Of a stretch of 64,000 nucleotides of DNA, positions 46,694-56,827 are shown in pieces (positions within the stretch are counted from its first letter, which is position 1; every line of letters starts with the position of its first letter). Made by a program: the position numbers and the translations under genes. The DNA is from Sphingopyxis sp. (lineage in GTDB: Bacteria > Pseudomonadota > Alphaproteobacteria > Sphingomonadales > Sphingomonadaceae): positions 33,930-97,929 of the forward strand of contig NZ_JAEULM010000016.1 in NCBI RefSeq assembly GCF_016793825.1. The letters are read 5' to 3'. The notes under the pieces are model-generated. The model made no database searches and was not told the DNA's origin. It worked only from the letters and a program-made list of their open reading frames with translations.

Positions 46694-48143
46694 TCCTGCC
46701 CCCTCCTTCATATCGGGTAGGATGCGGATCGGCCATGCATGGATTGCGGCCGATCCGCATCCTACCATCAGCCCGGCGACCGGGCAGTTGATCGGTTCAG
46801 CCTCTCTGGGAACAGCGGGACATATCGACGATGCGGTTGTCGCCGCGCGGTGCGCGGCTCAACGGCTGGCGCGGCTGAGCGTATGGGACCGCGCCGCGCT
46901 TTGCCGCCGCGTGGGGCAGGCGATAGCCGCCCGGGCGGATGAGCTGGCAATGCTCCTTGCCAACGAGCAGGGCAAGCCATTCGAAAGCGAAGCAAAGGAC
47001 GAGTTGGCCTTTGCCGTCGAAGCCTTCGAAGTGGCTGCCGAGGCAGTGAAGCATGTCAACGGCACGAGCTTTCCGCTGCGCGAGGCGGGTCGTCTGGGGA
47101 TCACCGCCCTGCGTCCGCGCGGCGTTTACGGTGTGATCACCCCCTGGAATTACCCGATAGCCATTTCCTGCGCCTATTATCTGGCCCCGGGACTGGCGGC
47201 CGGGAACGCGCTGGTGTGGGTGCCCGCGCTCACGACATCGCTGGTCGCCTCGTTGTTGATGGAATGCCTGGAAGCGGCGGACTTGCCCGATGGCGCCGTG
47301 AATCTCGTCACCGGGCATGGCGCCGTCGTCGGCGATGCGCTCGCCGGCCATCGCGATGTCGATGCCGTCGGCTTTACCGGCAGCACGGCGACGGGACGGA
47401 GCGTCGCCATGCGCGCTGCGGGCAAACCCGTTTCACTGGAACTCGGCGGCAACGGCCCGACCATCGTCTTCGCCGACGCCGATCTAGACCTTGCTGCCGC
47501 ACGGATCTGCGAGGGCGCATTCACGAACGCCGGGCAGACCTGCACCGCGACGGAGCGCGTGCTCGTCGAACGATCTGTTCATGATGAGTTGCGCGAACGA
47601 CTTGTTGCCCGCGCCTCTGCGGTGGTTCTTGGCGATCCGTTCGATCCGGCGACCATGATGGGGCCACTGCACAATCAGGACACCGTCGACAAGGTTCTGG
47701 CGCATCTGGACGATGCGTGCGCGGCGGGCGCGACCATCGATTGCGGCGGTGCGGTCGCGACGGGTTTCGCCACGCCGCTCTATTTTCCGGCGACGGTCGT
47801 CTCGGGCGTCGGGGTTGGGACGCTGCTCAACAGGGAGGAGACATTCGGCCCGGTCGTGCCGCTGCTCTCCTTCGCGGACGAGGAGGAGCTTCAGGCGATC
47901 ACGCGCGCCAGCCGTTATGGTCTTTTCGCGTCGGTGTTCACGCGCTCCGTCAATACGGCGATGCGCCAGGCCGGGCGGCTGCGCGCCGGGGTGGTCCACA
48001 TCAACGAAATGTCCGCCTATTGGGACCTGACCGTGCCCGGTGGCGGCGCGTCCGGCAGCGACAGCGGCACCGGGCGCATCGGGATCGCCCAGTCGATCCG
48101 GGCGATGTCCGACGAGGTGACGGTCACCCTGGGGTTCGGATGA
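46680..48143 (+). CDS. NAD(P)-dependent aldehyde dehydrogenase
   Basis: ITPWNYP, FTGSTATG, ELGGNGP, AGQTCTA, EETFGPV. Start at 46680 follows a GGAGG RBS. Confidence 0.95.
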   Translation: MMHANPAPSFISGRMRIGHAWIAADPHPTISPATGQLIGSASLGTAGHIDDAVVAARCAAQRLARLSVWDRAALCRRVGQAIAARADELAMLLANEQGKPFESEAKDELAFAVEAFEVAAEAVKHVNGTSFPLREAGRLGITALRPRGVYGVITPWNYPIAISCAYYLAPGLAAGNALVWVPALTTSLVASLLMECLEAADLPDGAVNLVTGHGAVVGDALAGHRDVDAVGFTGSTATGRSVAMRAAGKPVSLELGGNGPTIVFADADLDLAAARICEGAFTNAGQTCTATERVLVERSVHDELRERLVARASAVVLGDPFDPATMMGPLHNQDTVDKVLAHLDDACAAGATIDCGGAVATGFATPLYFPATVVSGVGVGTLLNREETFGPVVPLLSFADEEELQAITRASRYGLFASVFTRSVNTAMRQAGRLRAGVVHINEMSAYWDLTVPGGGASGSDSGTGRIGIAQSIRAMSDEVTVTLGFG

Positions 48144-49321
48144 CGGCGCCCGCCTGGCGCCGTCGTCTTGGCGCCTGGGCGGACGAGCTCCGCGCCCTCC
48201 GCCACGACCTTCACCGCTACCCCGAAACCGCATTCGAAGAGGTTCGCACCGCGGCGACGGTCGCGCGGCTGCTCCGCCGCTGGGGTGTCGAAACGCACGA
48301 AGGCATCGCCGGAACCGGCGTGGTCGGCGTCATTCGGGGCGGCGATGGGCCGATGATCGGGCTTCGCGCCGACATGGATGCGCTCAACATGGAGGAAGCG
48401 AATGCGTTCGCTCACCGCTCCGAAGTGCCGGGCAAGATGCACGGTTGCGGGCATGACGGCCACACGGTGATGCTGCTGGCGGCCGCTCGGCTGCTGGCGG
48501 AGAGGCCGCACTTCGGCGGCACGGCGATCCTGATCTTTCAGCCCGCCGAAGAGGCCGAAGGCGGTGCCCAGGCGATGATCGATGCAGGACTTTTCGACCG
48601 CTGGCCGGTCGATGCCGTGTTCGCGCTGCACAATCTGCCCGGGCTGCCGATCGGCCATTTCGCGTTGCGGCCAGGACCCATCATGGCGGGTGTCGAGGAT
48701 TTCACGATCAGGATCGAAGGCAAGGGCGGCCATGGCGGCATTCCCCACAGGACGATCGATCCGATTCCGGCGATCGCCGAGATCGTGCTGGCCTGCCAGA
48801 CCATCGTGGCCCGGGCGATCGACCCGCTCGCCGCCGCGGTCGTGAGCGTCACGCGCCTGTCCGCCGGAGCCAGCAACAATGTCGTGCCCGACTCCGCACA
48901 GATTGGCGGCACGTTTCGCTATCTGGACGGCGCGACAGGGGACGTGATCAGGAGCAGGCTCACGGCGCTGACCCGCGGCGTGGCCGCCGCCCACGGCGTG
49001 ACGGGGCATTTCGATTGCTTCGACGCCTATCCGCCCACCGTCAATAGCGATGCTGAAACCGCATTCTGCGCAGCGACACTGCGTACGTTCGTTGGCGCGG
49101 AACGGCTGGATGAGAGCACCCCGCCGCTGATGGGCGCTGAGGATTTTTCCTTCATGCTCAACCGTCGGCCGGGCTGTTACGCCTTCATCGGCAACGGCGA
49201 CGGAGCGGGTTCGTGCATGATCCACAACCCGCGCTATGATTTCAACGATGCCAGCATCCCTATCGGCGCGGAGTATTTCGTGCGGCTGGTCCACGCCTTC
49301 TGTGCAAGGTCCGGCCGATGA
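48140..49321 (+). CDS. M20 amidohydrolase (aminoacylase/hippurate hydrolase-like)
   Basis: LHRYPE, LRADMDAL, MHGCGHDGH, FQPAEE, GAEDF, IHNP. Start MTAPAW (ATGA overlap). Confidence 0.93.
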   Translation: MTAPAWRRRLGAWADELRALRHDLHRYPETAFEEVRTAATVARLLRRWGVETHEGIAGTGVVGVIRGGDGPMIGLRADMDALNMEEANAFAHRSEVPGKMHGCGHDGHTVMLLAAARLLAERPHFGGTAILIFQPAEEAEGGAQAMIDAGLFDRWPVDAVFALHNLPGLPIGHFALRPGPIMAGVEDFTIRIEGKGGHGGIPHRTIDPIPAIAEIVLACQTIVARAIDPLAAAVVSVTRLSAGASNNVVPDSAQIGGTFRYLDGATGDVIRSRLTALTRGVAAAHGVTGHFDCFDAYPPTVNSDAETAFCAATLRTFVGAERLDESTPPLMGAEDFSFMLNRRPGCYAFIGNGDGAGSCMIHNPRYDFNDASIPIGAEYFVRLVHAFCARSGR

Positions 49322-50622
49322 AGGCGCCCGAACGCGCCACCCTGGTGCTGGCCGAGGCGTGTGAGCGCTTCGCGCACTTCGGTCTCCTCTCCATCCTCGC
49401 TCTTTATCTCACCGCAAGCACGGCAACGGGCGGATCGGGGTGGGCGACCGGCGACGCGCTGAAGCTGGTCGGCACCTACAGCGCAGGAATCTATGCCGTT
49501 TCGGTCGTAGGGGGGTGGCTGGCCGATCGCGTCATCGGCACCTGGCGCGGCGTGAAGGCAGGGTCGATCGCCATGGTGGCCGGTCATGCCATATTGGTCT
49601 CGTCGCAGTTCTTCCACGCCTTTGGCCGCTGGATCGACCCGCAGACGATGCTCTATGTCGGCCTGTCGCTGATCGTCCTGGGCACAGGGTTGTTCAAGCC
49701 CAACGTGACGGTCCTCTTCGGTCAGGCCTTTCCGGCCGAAGGAGTGGCACGCGAACGTGGCTTCCTGCTCTTTTACGTCGGGATCAACTTTGGTTCGATG
49801 CTGGGGCCGATACTGGCAGGTGGACTGGGCGAGCGGGTCGCGTGGGGGTGGGGCTTCGTTGCTGCGGGTTCGGCGTCGCTGATCGCCTGCCTGGCGTTGG
49901 CGATACCTGGTCGGCGCGCGATCCCGGTTTCGTCCGCGACGATCGCCCCGGAAGCGGGTGGCGGGAGCTGGCGGGACGTCGCGTCACGCTATCGCGTGCT
50001 GCTGGCCATGGCGCTCGCGTCCGTGCTGTTCTGGACCGCGCTGGAGCAAAGCGCCGGGCTGCTGTCGCTCTATGCCTATCATCATACCGATCGCTTTCTG
50101 CTGGGTTTCGAGGTTCCGGCGACATGGATGCAATCGCTCGAGCCCTTGCTCGTCCTGGCGGTTGCGCCGGCCGTGGCCGGCTTGTGGCTGTATCTTGACC
50201 GAACAGGCCGCGTTCCGGGCGTCGGAACCCGGGCGGCGATAGGGCTATTTTCGCTGACCTTTGCCTTTGTCCTGTTCGTCGGCGCGACGATGGAACGCGA
50301 CGCGGTGGGCAAAAGCAGCCTTGCGTGGCTGGTCGCCGGCTATCTTTCGATCGCCACGGCCGAGGTGCTTATCTGGACGATGAGCCTGTCGATGGTGACG
50401 AAAATCGCGCCGCCTGCCCGGTCCGGACAGGTGATGGGAGCCTGGTATCTTACCTATGCCCTGGGTGCGTTTCTGGCCGGTCGGATCGGCGCGGAAGTCG
50501 ATTCATGGGGTGATCGCGTCGTGTTCGGCGTGATTGCGGCGCTGACCGGCGGAGCCGCGCTGCTCTATCTGCTCGCGCGGCGGCGAATGGCGGTCTGGGA
50601 ACGGCGGGCGCTGTCGCTTTAG
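49318..50622 (+). CDS. POT/PTR family proton-coupled oligopeptide transporter
   Basis: EACERFAHFG (ExxERF motif variant), GGWLADR, GLFKPN, FYVGINFG, SMVTKIAP. Confidence 0.92.
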   Translation: MKAPERATLVLAEACERFAHFGLLSILALYLTASTATGGSGWATGDALKLVGTYSAGIYAVSVVGGWLADRVIGTWRGVKAGSIAMVAGHAILVSSQFFHAFGRWIDPQTMLYVGLSLIVLGTGLFKPNVTVLFGQAFPAEGVARERGFLLFYVGINFGSMLGPILAGGLGERVAWGWGFVAAGSASLIACLALAIPGRRAIPVSSATIAPEAGGGSWRDVASRYRVLLAMALASVLFWTALEQSAGLLSLYAYHHTDRFLLGFEVPATWMQSLEPLLVLAVAPAVAGLWLYLDRTGRVPGVGTRAAIGLFSLTFAFVLFVGATMERDAVGKSSLAWLVAGYLSIATAEVLIWTMSLSMVTKIAPPARSGQVMGAWYLTYALGAFLAGRIGAEVDSWGDRVVFGVIAALTGGAALLYLLARRRMAVWERRALSL

Positions 50623-50632
50623 GGTCCCGATC

Positions 50633-51481
50633 CTAGCGCCCCGACGCCATGGGATCCTGGTCCTGGCTGCGGTGACCTTCGAAGCCCGCGCAAACCGCGA
50701 TGCTCTGGCTGGTGATCAGGCGGCCCAGGTCGGACAGGAGAAAGATGACCAGGGCGGCGACATCGACGGCTTCGACCGCGACGCGCAGGGAGTTGGCGGC
50801 GATTGTGTCGCCCCACAGGTCCTCGGCGGACACGCCGCTCGCCTCCGCCGCGGCGGCAATGACCGTGCGGACGCGATCTCCCTCGACGGTGCCGGGGAGG
50901 ACGGTGTTGACCCGGATCGCATGGCGTCCGAGATCCATCGCCAGCGTCTCCGTGAAACCAATCACCGCCTTTTTCGACGTGGCATAGGCCAGCCGCATGG
51001 GAAAACCGCCCCGCGCGATCGCTGCCGACGACAGGTTGACGATCGAGCCGCCGTTCCTCTTGAGCCAGGGAATGGCGGCTCTCGTGCAATAGAACATCCC
51101 GTCGAGGTTGACGGCAAGCGTTCGTCGCCAGGCTTCGACCGAAATCCCGTCCGGCGACATGGTGGGTCCGGCGATGCCCACGCCATTGACGAGGCCGGTC
51201 ACCCCCCCCATCATCGTTGCGGCATTGTTGACGGCTTCGTTCGCCGCATCGGCGTCGGCGACGTCGCAATGAATCGCGCAAAGCTGGCCGGTAGCAGGTA
51301 GTCGACCGATGGCATCGACATCGGCGTCGAGGATCACCACCGATGCGCCGGACGCGACGGCCATCTCGGCGATCGCGCGCCCTATCCCGCTGCCGCCGCC
51401 CGTGATGACGACCCGCTGCTCCGAAAGGTCCAGCGTCAGGGCTTGCGACAAGGTCATCGTTGCGAAACTTTCATCGATCAT
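50633..51481 (-). CDS. SDR family oxidoreductase
   Basis: TGGGSGIG, LVNGVG, NLSS, YATSK, VLPG. Start MIDESF overlaps the MFS stop (ATGA). Confidence 0.93.
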   Translation of the reverse strand: MIDESFATMTLSQALTLDLSEQRVVITGGGSGIGRAIAEMAVASGASVVILDADVDAIGRLPATGQLCAIHCDVADADAANEAVNNAATMMGGVTGLVNGVGIAGPTMSPDGISVEAWRRTLAVNLDGMFYCTRAAIPWLKRNGGSIVNLSSAAIARGGFPMRLAYATSKKAVIGFTETLAMDLGRHAIRVNTVLPGTVEGDRVRTVIAAAAEASGVSAEDLWGDTIAANSLRVAVEAVDVAALVIFLLSDLGRLITSQSIAVCAGFEGHRSQDQDPMASGR

Positions 51482-52749
51482 CCTACCTCGATCATGGCCG
51501 CGCGCTTTGCAGCGACCCCGAAAAGCAGGAATGCGAGCGCCGAAGACATCGTCGCCATCAGCGCCAGTATGACACCCAGACTGAGCGCGCCCGCAAAAAC
51601 CTGTTGATTGAGCAGGGCGACGGTGGGCGGCCCCGCGCCCAACCCTGCGATCGCGATCGTCGCCGTCATCGCGGCCGTCGTGATTCCGATCCTGCTGGCC
51701 GGGATTACCTGTGTCAGCACCGCGTACGCCGCGACCGGCGCGGCCGTGACCGCCCCAACCCACAGCGCCAGCGCGAGGAGAACGGACGGTGTCATCGTCG
51801 CGGCGAAGATCAGGCTGCCGAACAAGCCCAACAGGGCTATGCGGCCCGCCGTCCGCAATTGGGCGGGCACGCCGCCGCGGCGCAGGGCACGATCGGCCAG
51901 GGCCCCACCCAGCAAGGTTCCGCCGATCGAGGCGGTGATCGTGATTGCGCCGATCGTCTTGGCGGCCGCTGCCGTCGCCATGCCGTGTTCGCGGGTCAGC
52001 AGCGCCGCTGTCCAGGCGAAGATGCCGCTATCGGCGAAAGCCATCAGGGCAATGGCGCCGCAGATGAGAGCTGCGATGACTGCTCCTGGTCGAAAGGACG
52101 ACACGGCTTCGACGACCCGCTGTGCCGATCCCTGCCTTTGCGGTTCGGGAAAGGCGAGCAGCAACAGCGCAACAAGCGGCCCCGGCACGGAAAGGATCAG
52201 AATCGTCTGCCGCCAGGGCGCGCCGGCATATTCGAACAGGGTGTTGTGAAACATGTTCGTTAGAACCAGGTCATACACGACGCCGCTTGCCGCGAACGCT
52301 GTTCCATACCCTACGGTGACGCCGGTCATGAAGATGCCGATCGCCATGCCGCGCCGTTCGGTCGTGAAGCTGTCGGTGATGATCGAAACGGCAATCGGGA
52401 TGAGTGCCGCCTCGCCAACGCCGACGGCAATCCGCGCCGCGAAAAGTGCGCCATAGGTCGGGGCGAGGCTGCACGCCGCCGTCGCCCCGCTCCACAGCAC
52501 GAGCATCGCCGCTGCGAGTCTGATGCGGGGAATCCTGTCGGTCGCCATGCCAAGGGGCAGCGCCGCGATCCCATAAGATAGCGCGAACGCCGGTCCGAGC
52601 AGCAAACTGACCGCCGTGTCATCGATCAGGAACTGCGTCTTCAACTGATCGATGAACGGGTGCAGCACCAGCCGGTGGGAGAAGGCGATGACGGCTGTCG
52701 CGGTCAGCAACGAGAGCAGCAGCCAGGATTGCCAGCGATCGCGTGTCAT
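51478..52749 (-). CDS. MFS transporter (spinster/aromatic-acid-like)
   Basis: PLGMATDRIPR, ARIAVGVGEAA, FTTERRG.A.GIF, and about 12 hydrophobic segments. Confidence 0.9.
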   Translation of the reverse strand: MTRDRWQSWLLLSLLTATAVIAFSHRLVLHPFIDQLKTQFLIDDTAVSLLLGPAFALSYGIAALPLGMATDRIPRIRLAAAMLVLWSGATAACSLAPTYGALFAARIAVGVGEAALIPIAVSIITDSFTTERRGMAIGIFMTGVTVGYGTAFAASGVVYDLVLTNMFHNTLFEYAGAPWRQTILILSVPGPLVALLLLAFPEPQRQGSAQRVVEAVSSFRPGAVIAALICGAIALMAFADSGIFAWTAALLTREHGMATAAAAKTIGAITITASIGGTLLGGALADRALRRGGVPAQLRTAGRIALLGLFGSLIFAATMTPSVLLALALWVGAVTAAPVAAYAVLTQVIPASRIGITTAAMTATIAIAGLGAGPPTVALLNQQVFAGALSLGVILALMATMSSALAFLLFGVAAKRAAMIEVG

Positions 52750-52770
52750 CGTGCCGACCGCGCCAGGAGA

Positions 52771-54906
52771 TCAGAAACGGACGCCGAGACGGGCCTCGAA
52801 GGTTCGCGGAGCCCCATAACGCTCGACGACGCCGAAGATATCATAGTCGTTCCTGGTGACCGCATAGAGCTTGTCCGTGATATTGAGGACGGCCATAGAA
52901 AAATAGATCGCGTCATTCACGTCGTATCGGGCGGTCGCTGACCACAGCGCATACCCCTTTTGTCGCTCGATAGCCGGATTGTTGAATCCTGGCAGCAGCG
53001 TGTTCGATTGATATTTGACGTCGGTTCTGAGCTGCAATGCGTTGTGATCGCCGAGCGGCAGATCATACGCGATTCCGCCGGTCAACGTCCACTTCGGGGT
53101 CAATGGCAACTCGATCCCCGACAGATCGTCTCCGCGCGGGTTGACGAAGTTGCGGATCGTTGAATCAACGTAGAGAATATGCGCGTCCAATGTGAGCCGG
53201 TCGGTGGCTCGTGCGTTCGCGCTTGCCTCTATGCCGTAGACTTTGGCGTTCGCATCGTTGGTCACCCGCGTGACGTTGCCGATCGGGTCGAGCGTGCGGA
53301 GCTGGACCTTCGAATAGTCATAATAGAAGCCCGCGATCTCGTAACCGATGACTCCGGTCCGGCCCTTGGCGCCGATTTCGTACGCGTTCAGCGCCTCCGG
53401 CCCGTAAAGCCCCAGATCGCCTCCGACGTTGAACCCGCCCGCCTTCAGACCCCGCGAGTAATTCGCATAGAACATCGACGAAGCCGACGGGCGCCAGCGG
53501 AGTTGAAGCGACGGAGTGAAGCTTTTCGAGCGCGTGATCCCGGACTCATCGGGCGACCCCGCGCGGCTGCTGTAGGCCGCGCGCTTTCGATCGGACGTGT
53601 AACGCCCGCCGCCGATCAGGGTCAGATCGTCGGACAGATCGACTTCGGCGTTTATGAAGGCGGCGAACGACGTCGACCTGAACCTTGTTTCCTCATCAAA
53701 GATCACGAAGTCGCCCGAGCTGGGGAGCCGATAGTCGAGGCCTACCTTGCCCGTTTCGCGAAACGCATAGAGACCGGCGACGACGCGCGTGTGTGCCGCG
53801 CTGTCCGTCCTGATCTGAAGTTCTTGCGACACGGCGCGCGACGATTGGTCGTGGGTTTCGATTTCATCGATAATACCGGCCGGATTGCCGGCCGCATCGG
53901 TGTCGAGCACATACTTCATCTTGAAATGCGTGAAGCCGGTGATCGATTGCAATTCGACCGCGCCAAGGGGCACCGAGACGTTGAGGGCGCCCACCAGCGC
54001 ACTGGTGCGACGTGTGGTCGGCAGGTCGGTCGATATCAAACGCGGGCCACGCCGTTGAATGCTGCCAGCATACACGCCGCCGGGCGCGCTCAATTCCGGG
54101 CTGTACTGAAAGCCCGTACCCAGGCCGCCATCGTCGTCGACATACTGGACCGCCAGCCGGATTTTCGCATCACCCGCCTTGAAAACGCCAATCCCGCGCA
54201 AGGCCACGATATACTGATTGTCCAGCGGCGCGTCGTGCAGGAAGCTTTTGGTATAGCCGTCGTCTTTCGCAACGGCTCCCGACAGGCGAATGCCGCTTTC
54301 CTCGGCGATCGGCACGCCCACGGCGAAACGGACGCGATACAGATCGAAACTGCCCAGCCCGAGCGAGACCTCGCCGCCCCGCGCCACGCTGCTGTCGGGG
54401 ATCAGGTTGATGGCACCGCCCGTGGCGTTGCGACCATAGAGGGTGCCCTGCGGACCTTTCAGAATTTCGATACGATCGATGTCGAACAGCTCGGTGAGCG
54501 CCATGTCGGGCTGCGGCAGATAGACGCCGTCGAAATGGACCGCGACCGAAGGGTTCGCGCCAAAGCTGGCGGCGTTGCTGCTGACGCCGCGGAGCGCGAT
54601 GTTGGTGCCATCCACACGCGGAGCGAAGTTCAGTCCCGGCGTAAGGCGCGTCAGCTCGGCGGTGGAGTTGATGCCGGCCCCGGCCAGCGTATCGGCGCTG
54701 AAGACGTCGAGTGTCGACGGGACGTCGAGGGTGGTTTCGGCCTTCTTGCGAGCCGTAACGACGATTTCGTCGGAGGATACGGCTCCGCTGCCGGTTTGGG
54801 CTTCGGACGGAGCGGGCATCAGAATGATGCCGGCCACGCCTACCTGCAGCGTTGCGGCCAGTTGGCGGATACGCTTCCGTGATCGACCCGAGATTGCACT
54901 TTTCAT
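52771..54906 (-). CDS. TonB-dependent receptor
   Basis: TonB box EIVVTARK, RIEILKGPQGTLYGRNATGG, terminal PRTFEARLGVRF. Start MKSAIS (54906). Confidence 0.95.
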   Translation of the reverse strand: MKSAISGRSRKRIRQLAATLQVGVAGIILMPAPSEAQTGSGAVSSDEIVVTARKKAETTLDVPSTLDVFSADTLAGAGINSTAELTRLTPGLNFAPRVDGTNIALRGVSSNAASFGANPSVAVHFDGVYLPQPDMALTELFDIDRIEILKGPQGTLYGRNATGGAINLIPDSSVARGGEVSLGLGSFDLYRVRFAVGVPIAEESGIRLSGAVAKDDGYTKSFLHDAPLDNQYIVALRGIGVFKAGDAKIRLAVQYVDDDGGLGTGFQYSPELSAPGGVYAGSIQRRGPRLISTDLPTTRRTSALVGALNVSVPLGAVELQSITGFTHFKMKYVLDTDAAGNPAGIIDEIETHDQSSRAVSQELQIRTDSAAHTRVVAGLYAFRETGKVGLDYRLPSSGDFVIFDEETRFRSTSFAAFINAEVDLSDDLTLIGGGRYTSDRKRAAYSSRAGSPDESGITRSKSFTPSLQLRWRPSASSMFYANYSRGLKAGGFNVGGDLGLYGPEALNAYEIGAKGRTGVIGYEIAGFYYDYSKVQLRTLDPIGNVTRVTNDANAKVYGIEASANARATDRLTLDAHILYVDSTIRNFVNPRGDDLSGIELPLTPKWTLTGGIAYDLPLGDHNALQLRTDVKYQSNTLLPGFNNPAIERQKGYALWSATARYDVNDAIYFSMAVLNITDKLYAVTRNDYDIFGVVERYGAPRTFEARLGVRF

Positions 54907-54948
54907 GACGGTTCCCCCCTTGTGTTTTGGGGAGCATAGGTCGCGGCG

Positions 54949-54988
54949 ATGATATACAAAAAGACACAAACTGGGCAATTGGTTATAA
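54949..54988 (-). promoter_or_regulatory. AT-rich motif TTATA-N21-TTTTT-G-TATATCAT upstream of the TonB receptor
   Basis: The reverse complement of 54949-54988 matches the architecture at 45170-45208 with one extra base. Confidence 0.4.
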
Positions 54989-55102
54989 CGATGCAGCATG
55001 AACTCGAGCCTCATCCTGCGGCTCGATACGGCGATCTCGGGCGTCGCCGGGTGAACGCTCAGTCGCGGTCGGTGGCGGCCGCCTCAGGTGATGCAGCCGA
55101 TA

Positions 55103-55540
55103 TCATATGGTGCTGAGCAACAGGCTGGTTTCGCTATTCTCCACGCCGTCGATCGTCCGCACTTCGCGAAGGACACGGTCGAAATCGGAGAGGCTTTGCG
55201 CGCTGATGTCGGCGATCAGGTCCCAGTTGCCGTTCGTGGTGTGCAGCGCGCGGATTTCGGTTATCCCGCGCAGTTTCTGGATGACCTGGGTGGTCGATCG
55301 GCCGTTGACCTCGATCAGCATGACCGCACGCACAGTGAGGTCGTCATAATCCTCTCGTACGCGCACGGTGAAACCCAGCAGCGCGCCGGTGTCGAGCAGT
55401 CGGTCGAGCCGGTTCTGGATGGTGCCTCGCGCAACCCCCAGCGCGCCCGCCAGCTTCGACAAGGAGGCGCGCCCATCCACCCTGAGGAGGGCGATGATAC
55501 GGCGATCGAGGTCGTCAGGGATGAATTTCGCGATTCCCAT
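55103..55540 (-). CDS. Lrp/AsnC-family regulator
   Basis: DDLDRRIIALLRVDGRASL..LA..LGVARGT...RL; TTNGNWDL. Divergent from ocd. Confidence 0.93.
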   Translation of the reverse strand: MGIAKFIPDDLDRRIIALLRVDGRASLSKLAGALGVARGTIQNRLDRLLDTGALLGFTVRVREDYDDLTVRAVMLIEVNGRSTTQVIQKLRGITEIRALHTTNGNWDLIADISAQSLSDFDRVLREVRTIDGVENSETSLLLSTI

Positions 55541-55694
55541 ATGATCTGCCTTGTCAAGTGCGTTGCTGACGGTTTGTATAACGAAACTATAAAAACTCTC
55601 CAGATCTGATCAATTTTCAGGGCGAGATGGTGATTTCGACAGACGATAGGGGCAATTAGACTTGGCGGGCCCCTGCCATTGTCAAGGATCCACC

Positions 55695-56741
55695 ATGCCA
55701 CCCGCACCTTCCCAACTCGCCTATATCCCGTTCGTGAGCGTCGAAAACATGATGCGCTTCATCCACCATTTCGGTGTCGAGCAGGTGCTTATCGAACTCA
55801 CCGATGCGATCGAGGCCGACTATCGGCGATGGGATGTCTTTGAGAAGATCCCGCGCCTCGCGTCGCACTCGCGCGATGGGGTTATCGAATTGATGCCGAC
55901 ATCCGACGGCGAGGCGTTCAGCTTCAAATATGTCAACGGCCATCCGAGCAATATGGCGAAGGGTTTTCAAACGGTGGCGGCGTTCGGCCTGCTTGCGCGG
56001 GTCGATACCGGCTATCCGCTGATGCTTGCCGAAATGACCCTGCTGACGGCTTTTCGCACAGCCGCGACGTCGGCCATGGTCGCGCGCCACCTGGCCCCGC
56101 GCGAGGCCGGAGTGATGGCAATGATCGGGAATGGCGCGCAGGCTGAATTTCAGGCTCTGGCGATGAAAGCCGTGGTCGGGGTCAAAGAGGTGCGGCTGTA
56201 CGATATCGATGCGAAGGCAACCGAAAAGACCGTCCGCAATCTTCAGGGAAGCGGCTTGCGGGTCGTCTCGTGCAGCAGCGCCCAGGATGCGATCGAGGGT
56301 GCGCATATCATCACGACCTGCACCGCCGACAAGGCCTATGGAACGATCCTGACCGACAATATGGTGGGTTCGGGAATCCATATCAATGCGATCGGCGGCG
56401 ATTGCCCGGGCAAGACCGAGCTTCACCGGGACATCTTGTCGAGGGCGGACACTTTCGTCGAGTTCGAGCCTCAAACGCGGATCGAGGGCGAAATTCAGCA
56501 GATGGACCCAAGCTATCAGGTGACCGAATTCTGGAGGGTCCTGACCGGCGAGGCCGAAGGGCGGCGCGATGCCCGGCAGATTACGCTGTTCGACAGTGTA
56601 GGGTTCGCGACCGAGGATTTCTCGGCGCTTCGCTATATCCATTCGAAGTTGCAGGGGACCGATTTCTTCCAGCAGATCGATATCCTCGCCGACCCCGACG
56701 AGCCACGCGACCTTTTCGGGATGCTGCAACGCGCCGCCTGA
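55695..56741 (+). CDS. ocd: Ornithine cyclodeaminase
   Basis: GVIELMP, KYVNGHP, LTAFRTAATS, GNGAQAEFQ, GGDCPGKTEL, FDSVGFATED. Start MPPAPS (55695). Confidence 0.95.
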   Translation: MPPAPSQLAYIPFVSVENMMRFIHHFGVEQVLIELTDAIEADYRRWDVFEKIPRLASHSRDGVIELMPTSDGEAFSFKYVNGHPSNMAKGFQTVAAFGLLARVDTGYPLMLAEMTLLTAFRTAATSAMVARHLAPREAGVMAMIGNGAQAEFQALAMKAVVGVKEVRLYDIDAKATEKTVRNLQGSGLRVVSCSSAQDAIEGAHIITTCTADKAYGTILTDNMVGSGIHINAIGGDCPGKTELHRDILSRADTFVEFEPQTRIEGEIQQMDPSYQVTEFWRVLTGEAEGRRDARQITLFDSVGFATEDFSALRYIHSKLQGTDFFQQIDILADPDEPRDLFGMLQRAA

Positions 56742-56827
56742 TATCGGCGCACAAGGATCAGCGTTCGCCCTGGCCGGCCGCCGGTTTTCATGGCGCGAGA
56801 CTGGTCGCGGGGAATGGGGACGGAATA

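Noticed and set aside
54907-55102. Riboswitch (cobalamin/TPP) upstream of the TonB receptor
   Set aside because: No recognisable conserved riboswitch core. The same holds upstream of 58595.
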